This document shows positions 28,326-43,547 of a DNA stretch of 64,000 nucleotides, in pieces; within the stretch, counting starts at the first letter, position 1; the number at the start of each line of letters is the position of its first letter. The notes below the pieces were generated by a model. It had not been told where the DNA came from, ran no database searches, and saw nothing but the letters and a program-made list of their open reading frames with translations. The position numbers and the translations under genes were made by a program. Origin of the DNA: Eledone cirrhosa (Eukaryota); assembly GCA_964016885.1 (NCBI GenBank), contig OZ024754.1, positions 43,338,001 to 43,402,000 on the forward strand, read 5' to 3'.

Positions 28326-29161
28326 ACAATATAAACAGTCTTATAAATAAATAGATACGACATACCTTTCAATCGACTTGCATTTGGGAAGTTGATTTGA
28401 TATATATATATATATTATATTATATTATATCATACTCTGCTCTGTAAGAGCATAGAGTGCTCAACCGGCATACCGCCTATGGAAGCACTTTAGCTACCAT
28501 CAGACACACACATATATATATATATATTCAAGATGTATGGACATTTTGATTACTTCTACAGGCAATATTTATTAGAATGCTGTTGAAATATGTTATGTAT
28601 ACATCTTTAGGGGACACGTTGTATCTATATATAGAAATAATCACTACTCAAAGTATCTGCAATATGCATCACATGCAGATTCTCCAGACGTTATTTCTTT
28701 CGTTTTTTTTTTTTCTCTCTCTCTTTCAATCGTCGCCATATTGGTCAAGTACATACAGACAGGAAGTAGTATCTTGTTATCTCCCCTGGGTGGCAAGAAC
28801 GCTACATTTAACTGACATTATTGCGATATAAATAGTTCATATAAAGTGAAAGTTATACCAAATGATACTTAGTCGAATAATATAGAAAAGAAACAGGAAT
28901 TATAAGTGCAAGAGTAGTTAGGAGGTATGACCAGCCTGACTAATATGAGTGTGTGGGGTGGGGTGGGTGGGTGTGTGTGTGTTAATATATTGATTAATAA
29001 GTAAAGTAATTAATCATATTTTCTGACAAAAGTATAGGTTAATCAAAGTGGTAGAGGTAGTCACTATTAGAACCTAAAGTCAACTCTACTAATACAAATA
29101 AAAAAAAAATGAATTAGAAGCAGTAACACACACACACACACACATACACACACACACACAT

Positions 29162-29201
<40 letters not shown>

Positions 29202-29318
29202 TAGCATTGAAGAGATACCAGTGATTCGGGCGCCAAAACATACCTGCATAAGTGTTCATTTTCATTCTGTTTGAAATATTGCCCACAATCGTGTCATACG
29301 TATAGCTTTACAGCTAGA

Positions 29319-29394
<76 letters not shown>

Positions 29395-29546
29395 AGGTGA
29401 GTTTTAATGTAGTACAATAAAGCAATGCAGATATCGGATAAGTAGCACTCTACAGTTTGTGGACTGGAGTATACATAATATAAGGTATGTTGATTTAAAA
29501 CTGCACTATTCACAAGTGTTTTTTAACCTTCATATCATGTATCCCT

Positions 29547-29615
29547 ATTTTATCTGACGAAAACGCAAATGTCATCTCATGATGATATTTGTTTTTGAAA
29601 TGCACATAATAAAAT
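29547..29615 (+). ncRNA. Type I hammerhead ribozyme motif, divergent family
   Basis: attttat CTGACGA aaacgcaaatgtcatc-tcat-gatgatatttgttttt GAA ATG-ca-CAT A ataaaat. Confidence 0.8.
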
Positions 29616-29656
29616 ACATGGAACTCTTTTAACCATCTTTTGATCTTATATTATAT

Positions 29657-29687
<31 letters not shown>

Positions 29688-29783
29688 ATATATACACACG
29701 CCTATATATCTTTGGCTCTGTATGTGTGAATGAATGTGAATAAATCAATACATAGATACGCACAAACGTACATACTTACCTAT

Positions 29784-29824
<41 letters not shown>

Positions 29825-30862
29825 CATACATACCTGTATACATACATATATATACATACATACGTATATACATAAATACATATTTCATTCATACATACGT
29901 ACATACATTCATAAATACTTCATTCAAACATACATACGTGCATACATACTTACCTACACACATACATACACACATACACACATACACACATACATACATA
30001 CACAAATACACACACAAACATACATACATACATACATACATACACAAATACACACACAAACATACATACACACATACATGCACACACATACATACACACA
30101 CACATACATACATATATACAAACACATATACACACATACACACATACCTACATACACACACACACACACACACATACCTATATACATACACACACATACA
30201 TACATACACACACACACACATACATACACATACATACACACACACGCACATACATACACACACACACACATACACACACACACATACACACTTCATTCAT
30301 GGCCTGATTGTTTTGTGTTTGCTGTTGAGTAGTTTTTGTGTGTGTTTTTCATAAAGAGTCATTTAGGTGAGCGAATGAGGTGCGATCGAGTTATTTTGAA
30401 GTCCCATTCGTGCTGTGTCGAGCAATGTGGGTTAGGTGAGGGTATATATATATATATGTATATATGAGTGTATTTTATGTGTTGGTATGGTGGGTGAGGT
30501 GTATTATGGAATGGTGTAATGTACTTGTCATGGTGGCAGTAGAGGTGAGTTGCAGTGGTACCGAAAATAGAGTGAAACGGTGTCGTTGAAGTACTTTTGC
30601 TTGTATTTTGTATTGTATGAAGGGAGACCGACCGAATTTCACGAATTACATTACTAGCGACTTTCTTTTATATATATATACATATATATATATATGTGTG
30701 TGTGTATACAAATACATATACATATATATATAAATATACATATAGATACACACGCATACATACATGCATACATAATACATATATACCTACACACACACGC
30801 ACGCATATACATACATACACACACACACATATATATATACACATACACACACACACATATAT

Positions 30863-30905
<43 letters not shown>

Positions 30906-30910
30906 CACAT

Positions 30911-30989
<79 letters not shown>

Positions 30990-31039
30990 GAGAGAAAGAG
31001 AGACCTATATGTTGAGCTTTTGTGAATGGGTTGAAGCCC

Positions 31040-31840
31040 TAAATCAATACAGTATTTGACTGGTACTTTAATTAACCCTAGAAATTTCAAAGCTATGTCG
31101 ACCTCAGTTACAATTTAAAGCTAGGGTTGTAGTTGATTATATCGACCCTTGAAAGATGAAAGGCAAACTAACCCCAAACAAAGTACATACTATTGGTGGG
31201 AGGGACACAGCCTTTTATAGTGACACCCAAAGGACAAAAGGCAAATCCATACCCACCCCGATATAAACATAGAACGTAAAAGAGGGTAACTAACTACGGC
31301 ACAGCATTTTGACCCAAATAAAACCCCTCTTTATTTCCTTCCCCTCCCAGAAATTGACAAGACGCCATTTAAGGGATTTTTGTAGTTAGTCCAATGTTTT
31401 CTGTCTACGTTCTGTCATAGTAACAAAGAGCTTTTTGAAAAGGCCGTAATGTATGTTTGAGCTTGCGTGCCTTCAATACCCAGTGTGTCTGTGGTACACG
31501 GTGAGTCCCCTGATCTTTCTACATAGGTTTCTTAGTTCAGAATGTATTTATAAGGGCTGCTGATGTACCTTTGAAGATTTCAATACACATATTTCTTCTT
31601 TATCTCTTTACTTTACTGTTTTCTTTCTCTTTAATTTTATTGTAAATAATAATTGTTTCTAATTTAGATACACGGCCAACAATATGTAGGGAGAATACGT
31701 TGATTAGATGAACCCCCAGAACATGACTGCTACTTTATTTTATCAACACTGGAAGTATGAAAGGTATATTTTAATGTTTTACCTGGAAAGAATTTGAACT
31801 CATAAAAAGACGAAACGGAATACTACGAAGCATTTTGTCC
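31040..31840 (-). mobile_element. Old SINE family 1 fragments (31040-31310 and 31650-31840)
   Basis: Degenerate atcgaccc..gatgaaaggcaaa and atttgaactca motifs. Confidence 0.6.
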
Positions 31841-32004
31841 TGGCCTTGAGCTTAAATTAAAAATCACTAGAATCCAGTGACGTTATTGATGTTATTGTTG
31901 TAGTTGTTGGTGTTTCTTGTGAAGCAGATGTGCCAGTTATTGTCAACCAATTTGATTTTGTTATTGGTGGCTTACTTTTGTTGTTGTTGTTGATGTGAAA
32001 AACC

Positions 32005-32600
32005 TTGGCTTAGGATTTAGGGTCAGAGATATTCGGCTCACGATCGGAAAGTCGTAAGCTTCATCTCCTGCACTGTCTTTAAATAGAAATATTTTATTTC
32101 ATGCTGTTCCAGTCTCTCAGATGTACCGGTATTGCAAAGGGCCAGCCTTGCCACTGCTCCAGTCTTTCAGCTGTACCTCTACTGCAAAGGGCCAGCCTTG
32201 CCACTGCTCCAGTCTTTCAGCTGTACCTCTACTGCAAAGGGCCAACCTTGCAACTACCCCAGTCTCTCAGATGTACCTCTACTACAAAGGGGCAGCCTCG
32301 TCACACGCTGTATCCCTCTGAATCTCCCTGAGAACTACATTAAGGGCACATATGTCTTCGGAATACTCAACCACTTACACTATAGAACAAAATGGACTGT
32401 ATATGTAATTTCAAGGGCCAGCCTTGACTCAATTGTGGACAGAACCTGGATGAGATCTACGTTAAATGTGCACACATCTAAAGAATGCTCAGATACTAGT
32501 AGGTTACATTCCTGAGTAGAGCTGTTCCGTTGTTTGATCAAGGGGAACACTTGTCGTCGAATACGACGGAGGACCAACAACAACATCAACAGAAACAACA
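32005..32600 (+). mobile_element. Degenerate SINE family 2-related element with an internal 60-bp tandem triplication (32101-32290) and an (ACA)n tail
   Basis: Decayed tRNA-like head; ccagtctytcagmtgtacctctactgcaaagggccagccttgccactgct repeated three times. Confidence 0.55.
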
Positions 32601-32659
32601 CAAAAAAACTCAGTATAGTTATTGTTGATTGTATTGTGGCTCTTTCTGTCGTCTTATCT

Positions 32660-32728
32660 GTTGTTGTTATTGTTATTGTTATTGTTGTTGTTGCTGTTGT
32701 TGTTGTTGTTGTGGTCGTTGTTGTTGCT

Positions 32729-32784
<56 letters not shown>

Positions 32785-32944
32785 TGCTGTTGTTGTTGCT
32801 GTTGTTGTTGTTGTTATTGTTGTTGTTGTTATTGTTGTTATTGTTATTGTTGTTGTTATTGTTGTTATTGTTGTTATTGTTGTTATTGTTGTTATTGTTG
32901 TTATTGTTGTTGTTGTTGTTGTTATTGTTGTTGTTGTTGTTGTT
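32660..32944. repeat. (TTG)n/(TAG)n microsatellite
   Basis: Direct. Confidence 0.95.
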
Positions 32945-33004
32945 CACCTTTGATCTCAGACGTTTGATGCCTGGCTAAGATATGAGTTGTCACTGATGGT
33001 TCCA

Positions 33005-33049
<45 letters not shown>

Positions 33050-33568
33050 ATATATATATATAAATAAACAAAGATACACACATACATGGTTGTTGCACAC
33101 TGAAACACACACATTAGCTGTCTGTTAAACGTGTCACGCTCTGTGATGACATACGACAGACACAGACAGACGTACACACACACAGGCACATACACACACA
33201 GGCACACAGAGACAGACATACACACAGATAGACACATACACACCCAGACATACAGACAGACACACAGACAGACACAGACAGACACATACACACACAGACA
33301 CATAGAGACAGACACAGACAGATAGACAGACAGGCACACACATACACAGACAGACACACAGACACACACACACACAGACAGACACAGACACACACAGACA
33401 CACAGACACACACATACACAGACAGACACACAGGCACACACAGACAGACACAGACACACACATACACAGACAGAGCGAGACACACAGACAGACACCTACA
33501 TGTAAACTTTTCACATTCATAACACCATGTTATTGCTTATACATCATCATCATCTTCATCATCTCCAA

Positions 33569-33625
<57 letters not shown>

Positions 33626-33659
33626 TTATAAGAATCAAAGTTCTGTTCAAATCCTTTAT

Positions 33660-33708
33660 ATGCTTACAATTGTTTCCTCCAAACCGAGGTTTGGCTTCTT
33701 CGGAGCCA

Positions 33709-33709
<1 letters not shown>
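33660..33709 (-). ncRNA. Hammerhead motif with a U4C core change, probably inactive
   Basis: atggct CCGAAGA ag-ccaaac-ctcg-gtttgg-ag GAA ACAATTGT A agcat; perfectly palindromic helix III; lies between (TA)n tracts. Confidence 0.6.
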
Positions 33710-33769
<60 letters not shown>

Positions 33770-33773
33770 GTAT

Positions 33774-33811
<38 letters not shown>

Positions 33812-33871
33812 GTATATACAGTGTATTTTGCAATACACTGTATGCTTAATTAAAAGCATAGGTTGAGTAGT

Positions 33872-33918
33872 TAGCATTGATAAGCACCAAAAAGTGCGAA
33901 ACAGAGCCCTGTCAGCTT
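33872..33918 (+). ncRNA. Hammerhead motif with U3-A8 variant core, in the spacer of inverted repeat 33812-34042
   Basis: agca TTGATAA gcac-caaaaa-gtgc GAA ACAG-agcc-CTGT C agct; helix I is only 3 bp plus a mismatch. Confidence 0.55.
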
Positions 33919-34104
33919 TATCTCCCCTATTTGCTGAAAATTTAAAGTAAGTGAGATTGTCACTACTCTAAAACAATGGCGTAAGGTCTTCGAAATGCTT
34001 TTAATTAAGCATACAGTGTATTGCAAAATACACTGTATATACATTCATATATCTATCGCTATTTCAGAGCACCAATTCTAATTTTATATATATATATATA
34101 AATA

Positions 34105-34587
34105 TATACAATATATTAATAAATGGAAACTATATTTATAAAACCATATTTATTTTATTATAGATATTTTAAGGGCAACCAAGGCAAATTATGGTGCGCT
34201 TTCATCAGATAAAATACAATACAGATTAGTTTTATAAATAAATATTGACATACCCTGAAAAAAGACAACCTTAACGGTTGGAGCTTCCTGGATACTATCC
34301 AGGAAGCTCCAACCGTTAAGGTTGTCCTTTTTTCGGGTGTGTCAATAGTTATTTATAAAACAAATCTGTACTTTATCTGATGAAAGCGCTCCATAATTTG
34401 CCTTGGTTTCCCTTGAAATATCTATAATAAAATAAATATGCTTTTATAAATACAGTTTCCATTTATTAATATATTGTATATATTAATAAATGGAAACTGT
34501 ATTTACTCCACACAACTGTTGAGTGCTTTATATCAGTTATAAAAAATGTTTAAGCTTGTTGAATTCGAACAAATTAAATATAACCTC

Positions 34588-34590
<3 letters not shown>
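34105..34590. mobile_element. Fold-back element family C: ~185-bp arms centred at 34295, plus tail
   Basis: ...ggagcttcctggata c tatccaggaagctcc...; arms differ at several positions; (TA)n flanks; the minus-strand hammerhead 34152-34215 has G12A. Confidence 0.85.
34370..34433 (+). ncRNA. Type I hammerhead ribozyme motif
   Basis: actttat CTGATGA aagcgctcc..ggtttccctt GAA ATATCTAT A ataaaat; helix II eroded. Confidence 0.65.
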
Positions 34591-34639
<49 letters not shown>

Positions 34640-34759
34640 CACACATATATATATATGTGTGTGTGTGGTGTGTGTATGTGGATCTATTAGTCGCATAAAC
34701 GCGCAGAAACACAGTGTATACGCATACACGCAAACAACTCACACGCACGGATCTCACCC

Positions 34760-35631
34760 TACCACACACACCACACCACACACACCACACCACACCACAC
34801 CACACACCAGACCAGACCACACCACACCACACCACACCACACACCAGACCACACCACACCACACACACCACATCACACACCACACCACACACCACACCAG
34901 ACGAGACCACACCACACACACACACCACACCACACACCAGACCAGACCACACCATACCACACCACACACCAGACCAGACCACACCACACACCAGACCACA
35001 CCACACACACACACCACACACACCACACCACACCACACCACACCACACACACCACACCACACCACACCACACCACACACACCACACCACACTACACCACA
35101 CACACCACACTACACCACACACACCACACCACACTACACCACACACCACACCACACCACACACCACACCACACCACACCACACACCACACAACACACCAC
35201 ACACACCACACCACACCACACACCACACACACCACACTACACCACACCACACACACACATCTTTGTAGAGTTTTTGGAAAAAGTGTGTCTGTGTGTTGGG
35301 TCTGTTGTCTTAGAACTAGTTGGCTGGTAATATTACTACTCCTACTACTACTGCTGCTGCCAGAACTGGTACTGTAACTACCACTACTACTACTACCACC
35401 ACTACTAATACCACTACCACCACCTCCACCACCACTACTACTACCACTGCCATTACCACCACCACCACCACTACCACCACTACCACTACCACCACTACCA
35501 CTACCACCACCACCACCACCACCACTACTACCAATACCACCACCACCACTACTACTACCACCACCACCACTACTACCAATACCACCACCACCACTACTAC
35601 TACCACCACCACCACCACTACCAATACCACC

Positions 35632-35672
<41 letters not shown>
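34760..35672. repeat. (CACAC)n block followed by an (ACC/ACT)n block
   Basis: Direct. Confidence 0.9.
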
Positions 35673-35673
<1 letters not shown>

Positions 35674-35911
35674 GAAGGTTACTCCTTCATTACATTTATT
35701 GATAGGTGACGCGCGTTTCGCCACTGATCAGCTCAAGGTTCGATCTGTATCGATCCTACCCGACTCAATGATCGGCAGCTCGACGGACCCTTTAAAATGC
35801 TATAAGAAAATGAAATACATGCTACATAACAAAGAGAGTGTGGTAAGGAACCAGATGGACTATAACGCGCCAGAGTACTCAATACTTAGGGTTGTAGAGT
35901 GGGAAATAGGA

Positions 35912-36016
35912 AAAGAGTCAGGAACCCTTGATAAGTTCAACTAGATTCCCGCCGTTCTAATACTACTGGCTTAGTTCGAAACGGCCAGAGTTCTGCCGTC
36001 GGGATCCTGACTCTTT
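35912..36016 (+). ncRNA. Hammerhead motif with U3-A8 variant core (family A relative; element 35828-36016)
   Basis: aaagagtcaggaaccc TTGATAA g..aactag..ttagtt-c GAA ACGGC-cagagttct-GCCGT C gggatcctgactcttt. Confidence 0.6.
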
Positions 36017-36032
36017 ACACACACACACACAC

Positions 36033-36072
<40 letters not shown>

Positions 36073-36171
36073 ATAATAATGAATTTGAAGACTAAAATCG
36101 AAAGAGGGCTCGATCGGATAAATATATATCAATAAATATATTCTTTGCTTAAACTTTAATCTGTTATTTTA

Positions 36172-36574
<403 letters not shown>

Positions 36575-37021
36575 TAAGAGAATACGAGGAAGTTTCGTTT
36601 TATTTTCGTCACAAACGGGTAAATGGGAAAACAGGGTTGGGTGAAATTTGAACTCATAATATATAATACATAGAACGGGAGGAAATACTGGCAACTCCCT
36701 GGTCCGGCAACAGACACATACAGATTTGGAACGGCTGTGATGAAGAACCAGTCTACCCGTCCATTCCACCCCACCCACTGGTATTTCAGCGATGTAGGGT
36801 GGGGGAGATTTATGACTGGGGGGTGCGGCATCTATGTATGGGGTGGGATGCTTGTGTGAAGTGGGGGTGGATATATTAAGGGTACATAGGAGGTCCCGTA
36901 TCAAAGTGATGCTGATCGTTACGGGTATGTGTCAGGGGAGATAAGTAGGAATTCCGAGATTTTAGTGATATCATATATATATATGTGGGTGTATATATAT
37001 GTGTGTATATGTGTGTGTATA

Positions 37022-37082
<61 letters not shown>

Positions 37083-37132
37083 TTATATATATATGTATAT
37101 ATATATATATATGTATGTATGTATGTATAGAC

Positions 37133-37163
<31 letters not shown>

Positions 37164-37557
37164 CATATATATATGTATATATATGTATATATATATATAT
37201 TTATGTGTGTGCGTAACTGTCTGTCTGTCTGTGTTTGTGTATGTATATTTGCGTTCGTGTGTATATGTGTGTATATATATGTGTGTATATATGTGTGTAT
37301 GTGTATATATATATATGTGTGTGGATGTGCATATATATATATATGTGTGGATGTGTGTATATATATATGTGTGTAGATGCGTATATATATATATATTTGT
37401 GTATGTGTATATATATATATGTGTGTAGATGTGTGTATATATATATGTGTGTGGATGTGTGTATATATATATATGTGTGTGTGTGGATGTGTGTATATAT
37501 ATATATGTGTGTGTGTGGATGTGTGTATATATATATATGTGTGTGTGTGGATGTGTG

Positions 37558-37590
<33 letters not shown>

Positions 37591-38502
37591 ATAAATAATT
37601 ATGAGGGTGGTGAAGTTGCCGTGTCTCTGAAATTGATAGAGACAATACCTTGTGGTATTTGCGACCTGCGTCCCGCCGAGAGACACATTGCTGATCGTCA
37701 CTTCGAGGTCGTTAAAATATACCAGTGCTATCCTGAGGTAGATTCTCTCCCCCCCTCTCTCTCTTTCTCTTTTACTCTTATGTATTAGGGTGACAGATGT
37801 TATGTACATGTATAGTGTGTGTATGTGTGTGTATGTGTGTATGTGTGTGTATGAATGTATATGTGTGTGTATGTGTGTGTATATATGTGTATGTGTGTGT
37901 ATGTGTGTATGTGTTTAGTGTGTGTATGTGTTTAGTGTGTGTATGTGTTTAGTGTGCGTGTGGCTGAAGGAATGTGAACTATCTCTATCAGACATAGAAA
38001 CCGAACACACACGCACACGCATACTGATACACTAATACACACACACTAATACACACACGCACACTAATACACACACACACACACTAATACACACACACAC
38101 ACGCACACACGCACACTGATACACACATAAATACATATACATGTACAGACAACACACACACATATACACACACACCCACACAGCCTATAGAGACACACAC
38201 ACACAAACACACACACACATCATATCGAAAAACAATCTAAATGTCCCCCAGAGTAAGTTAGTCCCGTGCTACCTTCAGACATCAAACATTGTATCGTCAC
38301 CCATATTGAGTGCAACCCTTAACATCTCTACATGAGGAGGATTCAACAATATTGGTTGACCCGTCCTGCTACCCCAGGACTGATCCCTCTGGAATTCCAC
38401 CACTACATATAAGGGTTTTGGTACTTTCATCGAACGTTGCAACTGTTTACCTAACATGTTAGCTATGGCGATTGTATTGGTTTCGGTAGGCCAATGATGT
38501 AT

Positions 38503-39285
<783 letters not shown>

Positions 39286-39750
39286 TCCCTGAGTCGATAT
39301 ATTCGTTAGACATGTATAATTAAATACATGTATTCAAGTCTTGAACATGTTTCAAATATTAGAAATTAACAACATGTACATAGGTTCATGTAGGTGTGTG
39401 TGGGTGTACACAGGTTCATGTAGGTGTGTGTGTGTGTGTGTGTGTGTGGGTGTGTGTGTGTATGTGTGTACATAGGTTAATGTAGGTGTGTGTGTGTGTG
39501 TGTGTACATAGGTTAATGTAGGTGTGTGTGTGGGTGTGTGTGTACATAGGTTAATGTAGGTGTGTGTGTGTGTGTGTGTGTACATAGGTTAATGTAGGTG
39601 TGTGTGTGTGTACATAGGTTCATGTAGGTGTGTGTGTGGGGGTGTGTCTGTGTGTGTGTGTGCGTGTGTGTACATAGGTTAACGTAGGTGTGTGTGTGTG
39701 TCTACATAGGTTCATGTAGGTGTGTGTGTGTGTGTGTTTGTCACACAGAA

Positions 39751-39793
<43 letters not shown>

Positions 39794-39836
39794 TATACAT
39801 ATATATACATATATATATAGATACATATATATATAC

Positions 39837-39893
<57 letters not shown>

Positions 39894-40069
39894 CATTTAT
39901 ACATACATACATAAATACATGTATTTATTATATACATTACTCTTTTACACTTTTACCTGTTCCAGCCATGCGGCTGAGTCCATTCTGGGGCACCACCCTT
40001 GATATAAGGATGAGGTTTGAAATGACTTCTACAGGAGTAGAACTGTTTCATTCGAATGAAATCAGGAGG

Positions 40070-40119
40070 ACATTCCTGATGATTTCGTATGAACGAAACA
40101 GGTCTTGTCCTGTAGAAGT
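40070..40119 (+). ncRNA. Type I hammerhead motif (family E relative) with a decayed inverted copy at 40024-40069
   Basis: ttc CTGATGA tttcgtatgaac GAA ACAGG-tcttgt-CCTGT A gaa. Confidence 0.65.
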
Positions 40120-40333
40120 TATTTTTTTAGATATAATAAAGATCCCTATATTTTAACAAATATATTCAGTACCTTTTTTAACCGTGGTTAGACCCGACCA
40201 CGACTCGGGACCCTACATATTATATATATACATATTTATAAAAGGATAAAAGATTAGGTATGTATATATCTATGTATGCATATACATACATATATATGTA
40301 TATATTTATAAAAGATTGAAAGAATATATATTG

Positions 40334-40374
<41 letters not shown>

Positions 40375-40543
40375 GTACATTTATGTATATATATATATAT
40401 AATATACATTTTTATATACAAGACCCTAGGGTGCGTATATGGTTCACTTCCCAGCTTCACTACTACTAAGACTCGTCTTTGGTTTCGATAATAGTGTGTG
40501 TGTGTGTATATATATATATGTGTATGTAAATATACACTCATAA

Positions 40544-40597
<54 letters not shown>

Positions 40598-40634
40598 ACA
40601 TATATATATATATATATGTAAATATAAATATACA

Positions 40635-40855
<221 letters not shown>

Positions 40856-40901
40856 GTAAATATAAATATACAATCATAAATATATATATATATACATATA
40901 C

Positions 40902-40934
<33 letters not shown>

Positions 40935-41022
40935 GTAATAATAATAAATTTGGAGACTAAAATTTCAGAAGATCCCGTTAAGGGTGAAAGCAGCGATTCT
41001 TTGCTTAAACTTTAATCTGTTA

Positions 41023-41078
<56 letters not shown>

Positions 41079-41117
41079 ATTAAATAAATGGAAAACTATA
41101 TTTATAAAACCATATTT

Positions 41118-41181
41118 ATTTCATTATATATATTTCGGGGATATCATATTAACAATATGCTATGCCTTCATCAGACAAAAT
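41118..41181 (-). ncRNA. Type I hammerhead ribozyme motif
   Basis: Inverted copy of 41327-41390. Confidence 0.8.
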
Positions 41182-41326
41182 ACAATATAAACAGTTTTAT
41201 AGATAAATATATTCGACATACCGTAATAAACATCGACTTCATTTGAAGAGCGTAAACCTCTTCAAATGAAGTCGATGTTTATTACGGTATGTCGAATATA
41301 TTTATCTATAAAACTGTTTATATTGT

Positions 41327-41390
41327 ATTTTGTCTGATGAAGGCATAGCATATTGTTAATATGATATCCCCGAAATATATATAATGAAAT
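41327..41390 (+). ncRNA. Type I hammerhead ribozyme motif
   Basis: attttgt CTGATGA agg..catatt-gtt-aatatg..ccc GAA ATATATAT A atgaaat; predicted cleavage after 41383. Confidence 0.8.
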
Positions 41391-41519
41391 AAATATGGTT
41401 TTATAAATATAGTTTTCCATTTATTTAATATTGTAAATATACTCCAAATATTTGTCGAGTGCTTTTATATCAGTTATAAATATTTACTAGTTGTAACCCA
41501 ACAATTTTAAATATAACTT

Positions 41520-41565
<46 letters not shown>

Positions 41566-41610
41566 TATATATATATATATATATATATATAGGTATATAT
41601 ATATATATAT

Positions 41611-41683
<73 letters not shown>

Positions 41684-41702
41684 TATATATATATATATAT
41701 AT

Positions 41703-41741
<39 letters not shown>

Positions 41742-41806
41742 TATATATATATATATATATATAGGTATATATATATATATATAGGTATATATATATATAT
41801 ATATAT

Positions 41807-41851
<45 letters not shown>

Positions 41852-42005
41852 TACATGTAGTTCAAATCTCCATGCGTCTCAGCAAGGTGATTGATTACTT
41901 TAAGTGACATGGATGACATGTAGTGATTTCGATGAATAATATACATGAATGTATGTATATATGTGTGTATATAAATCTGTACGCGTGTATACAGAAAGAA
42001 AACGT

Positions 42006-42047
<42 letters not shown>

Positions 42048-42348
42048 TACAAATATACATTATTTCAGATATATACATATATATATATATATATATAACA
42101 TATATATACATATATACGCGCGCAAACACACACTCACATATATATACATACATACATATATACATACGCATACAAACATATATGTTGGTAAAAATTTGTG
42201 ATATATATATATACGTGCTGTTGAAACGGCAAGAGCTCAGCCGTGGGGCCCCGACTCCATATCATATATTATACTCTACTCCGTTGAGTAATGGTCTAAC
42301 TAGTTTTAAACTGGTCCTATCCTGACGCACACACATACACACACACAC

Positions 42349-42387
<39 letters not shown>

Positions 42388-42437
42388 TATAGACGTAGAG
42401 GTAGATAGATAGATAGATAGATAGATACATTGATAGT

Positions 42438-42474
<37 letters not shown>

Positions 42475-43106
42475 ATCTGTGTGTGTGTGTGTGTGTGTGT
42501 CTGAGTGCGTATATATATATACATATATATATATATTATATATATATATATATCTATATATATCTATATATATAAATATATATATATATATAGATATATA
42601 TAAATATATATATATATAGATATATATATATATGCATGTATGTATGTATATCTATATATCTATATATATATATATCTATATCTCTCTATATATATATATA
42701 TATATATATCTCTCTCTCTATATATATATATATACATGTATGTATGCATATATATATATATATATCTATATATATATATAGATAGATATAGATAAAAGCA
42801 TGTTGTAACCAGATTCACTGAGAACGGAGGAAGTCCTACCAATGTAATTTAGTTCACTAAAGACTACATATGATTCACTCTATATCCTGAATTATTGATT
42901 AGCATATATTGTATCTCTTGGTCTTGATCGGATATTGGAAATATTAACAGCCAGTTCATCAGATCGAACCACACCTGGCGTGTATCTAGGTGTCACTTTG
43001 AATATAAACTCTAATTAATGTGGGAATTATCTTTCATTTGTAAACATTAACATGTGTGTATGTATAAATATATAATATATATATGTATATATAAAAGCAA
43101 AAGGGC

Positions 43107-43249
<143 letters not shown>

Positions 43250-43262
43250 GTGTGTGTATATA

Positions 43263-43299
<37 letters not shown>

Positions 43300-43312
43300 G
43301 TGTGTGTATATA

Positions 43313-43345
<33 letters not shown>

Positions 43346-43352
43346 GTTTATA

Positions 43353-43449
<97 letters not shown>

Positions 43450-43456
43450 GTGTGTG

Positions 43457-43487
<31 letters not shown>

Positions 43488-43494
43488 GTATGTA

Positions 43495-43547
<53 letters not shown>

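Larger units (their letters stand above)
41073..41522. mobile_element. Fold-back element family D: apparently perfect 178-bp arms, 7-nt loop, 3' tail
   Basis: 41073-41250 / loop cgtaaac / 41258-41435; tail to (TA)n at 41522. Confidence 0.9.

Noticed and set aside
37620-37740. Exon-like peptide [18 protein letters not shown] with a gag|gtagat donor
   Set aside because: The minus strand aligns to SINE family 1 (ctggta..ttt..cgacc.cgaa.....ctcggcggga), so it is a decayed SINE
38256-38495. Minus-strand 74-codon unique stretch as an exon
   Set aside because: No acceptor (it opens from a CA/TA tract) and no recognisable motif; probably an old TE fragment
40955-41000. Hammerhead in the gaaagcagcgattc tail family; also 18117-18152
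   Set aside because: Core is CAGANGA, and helix III/UH or helix I cannot be drawn convincingly
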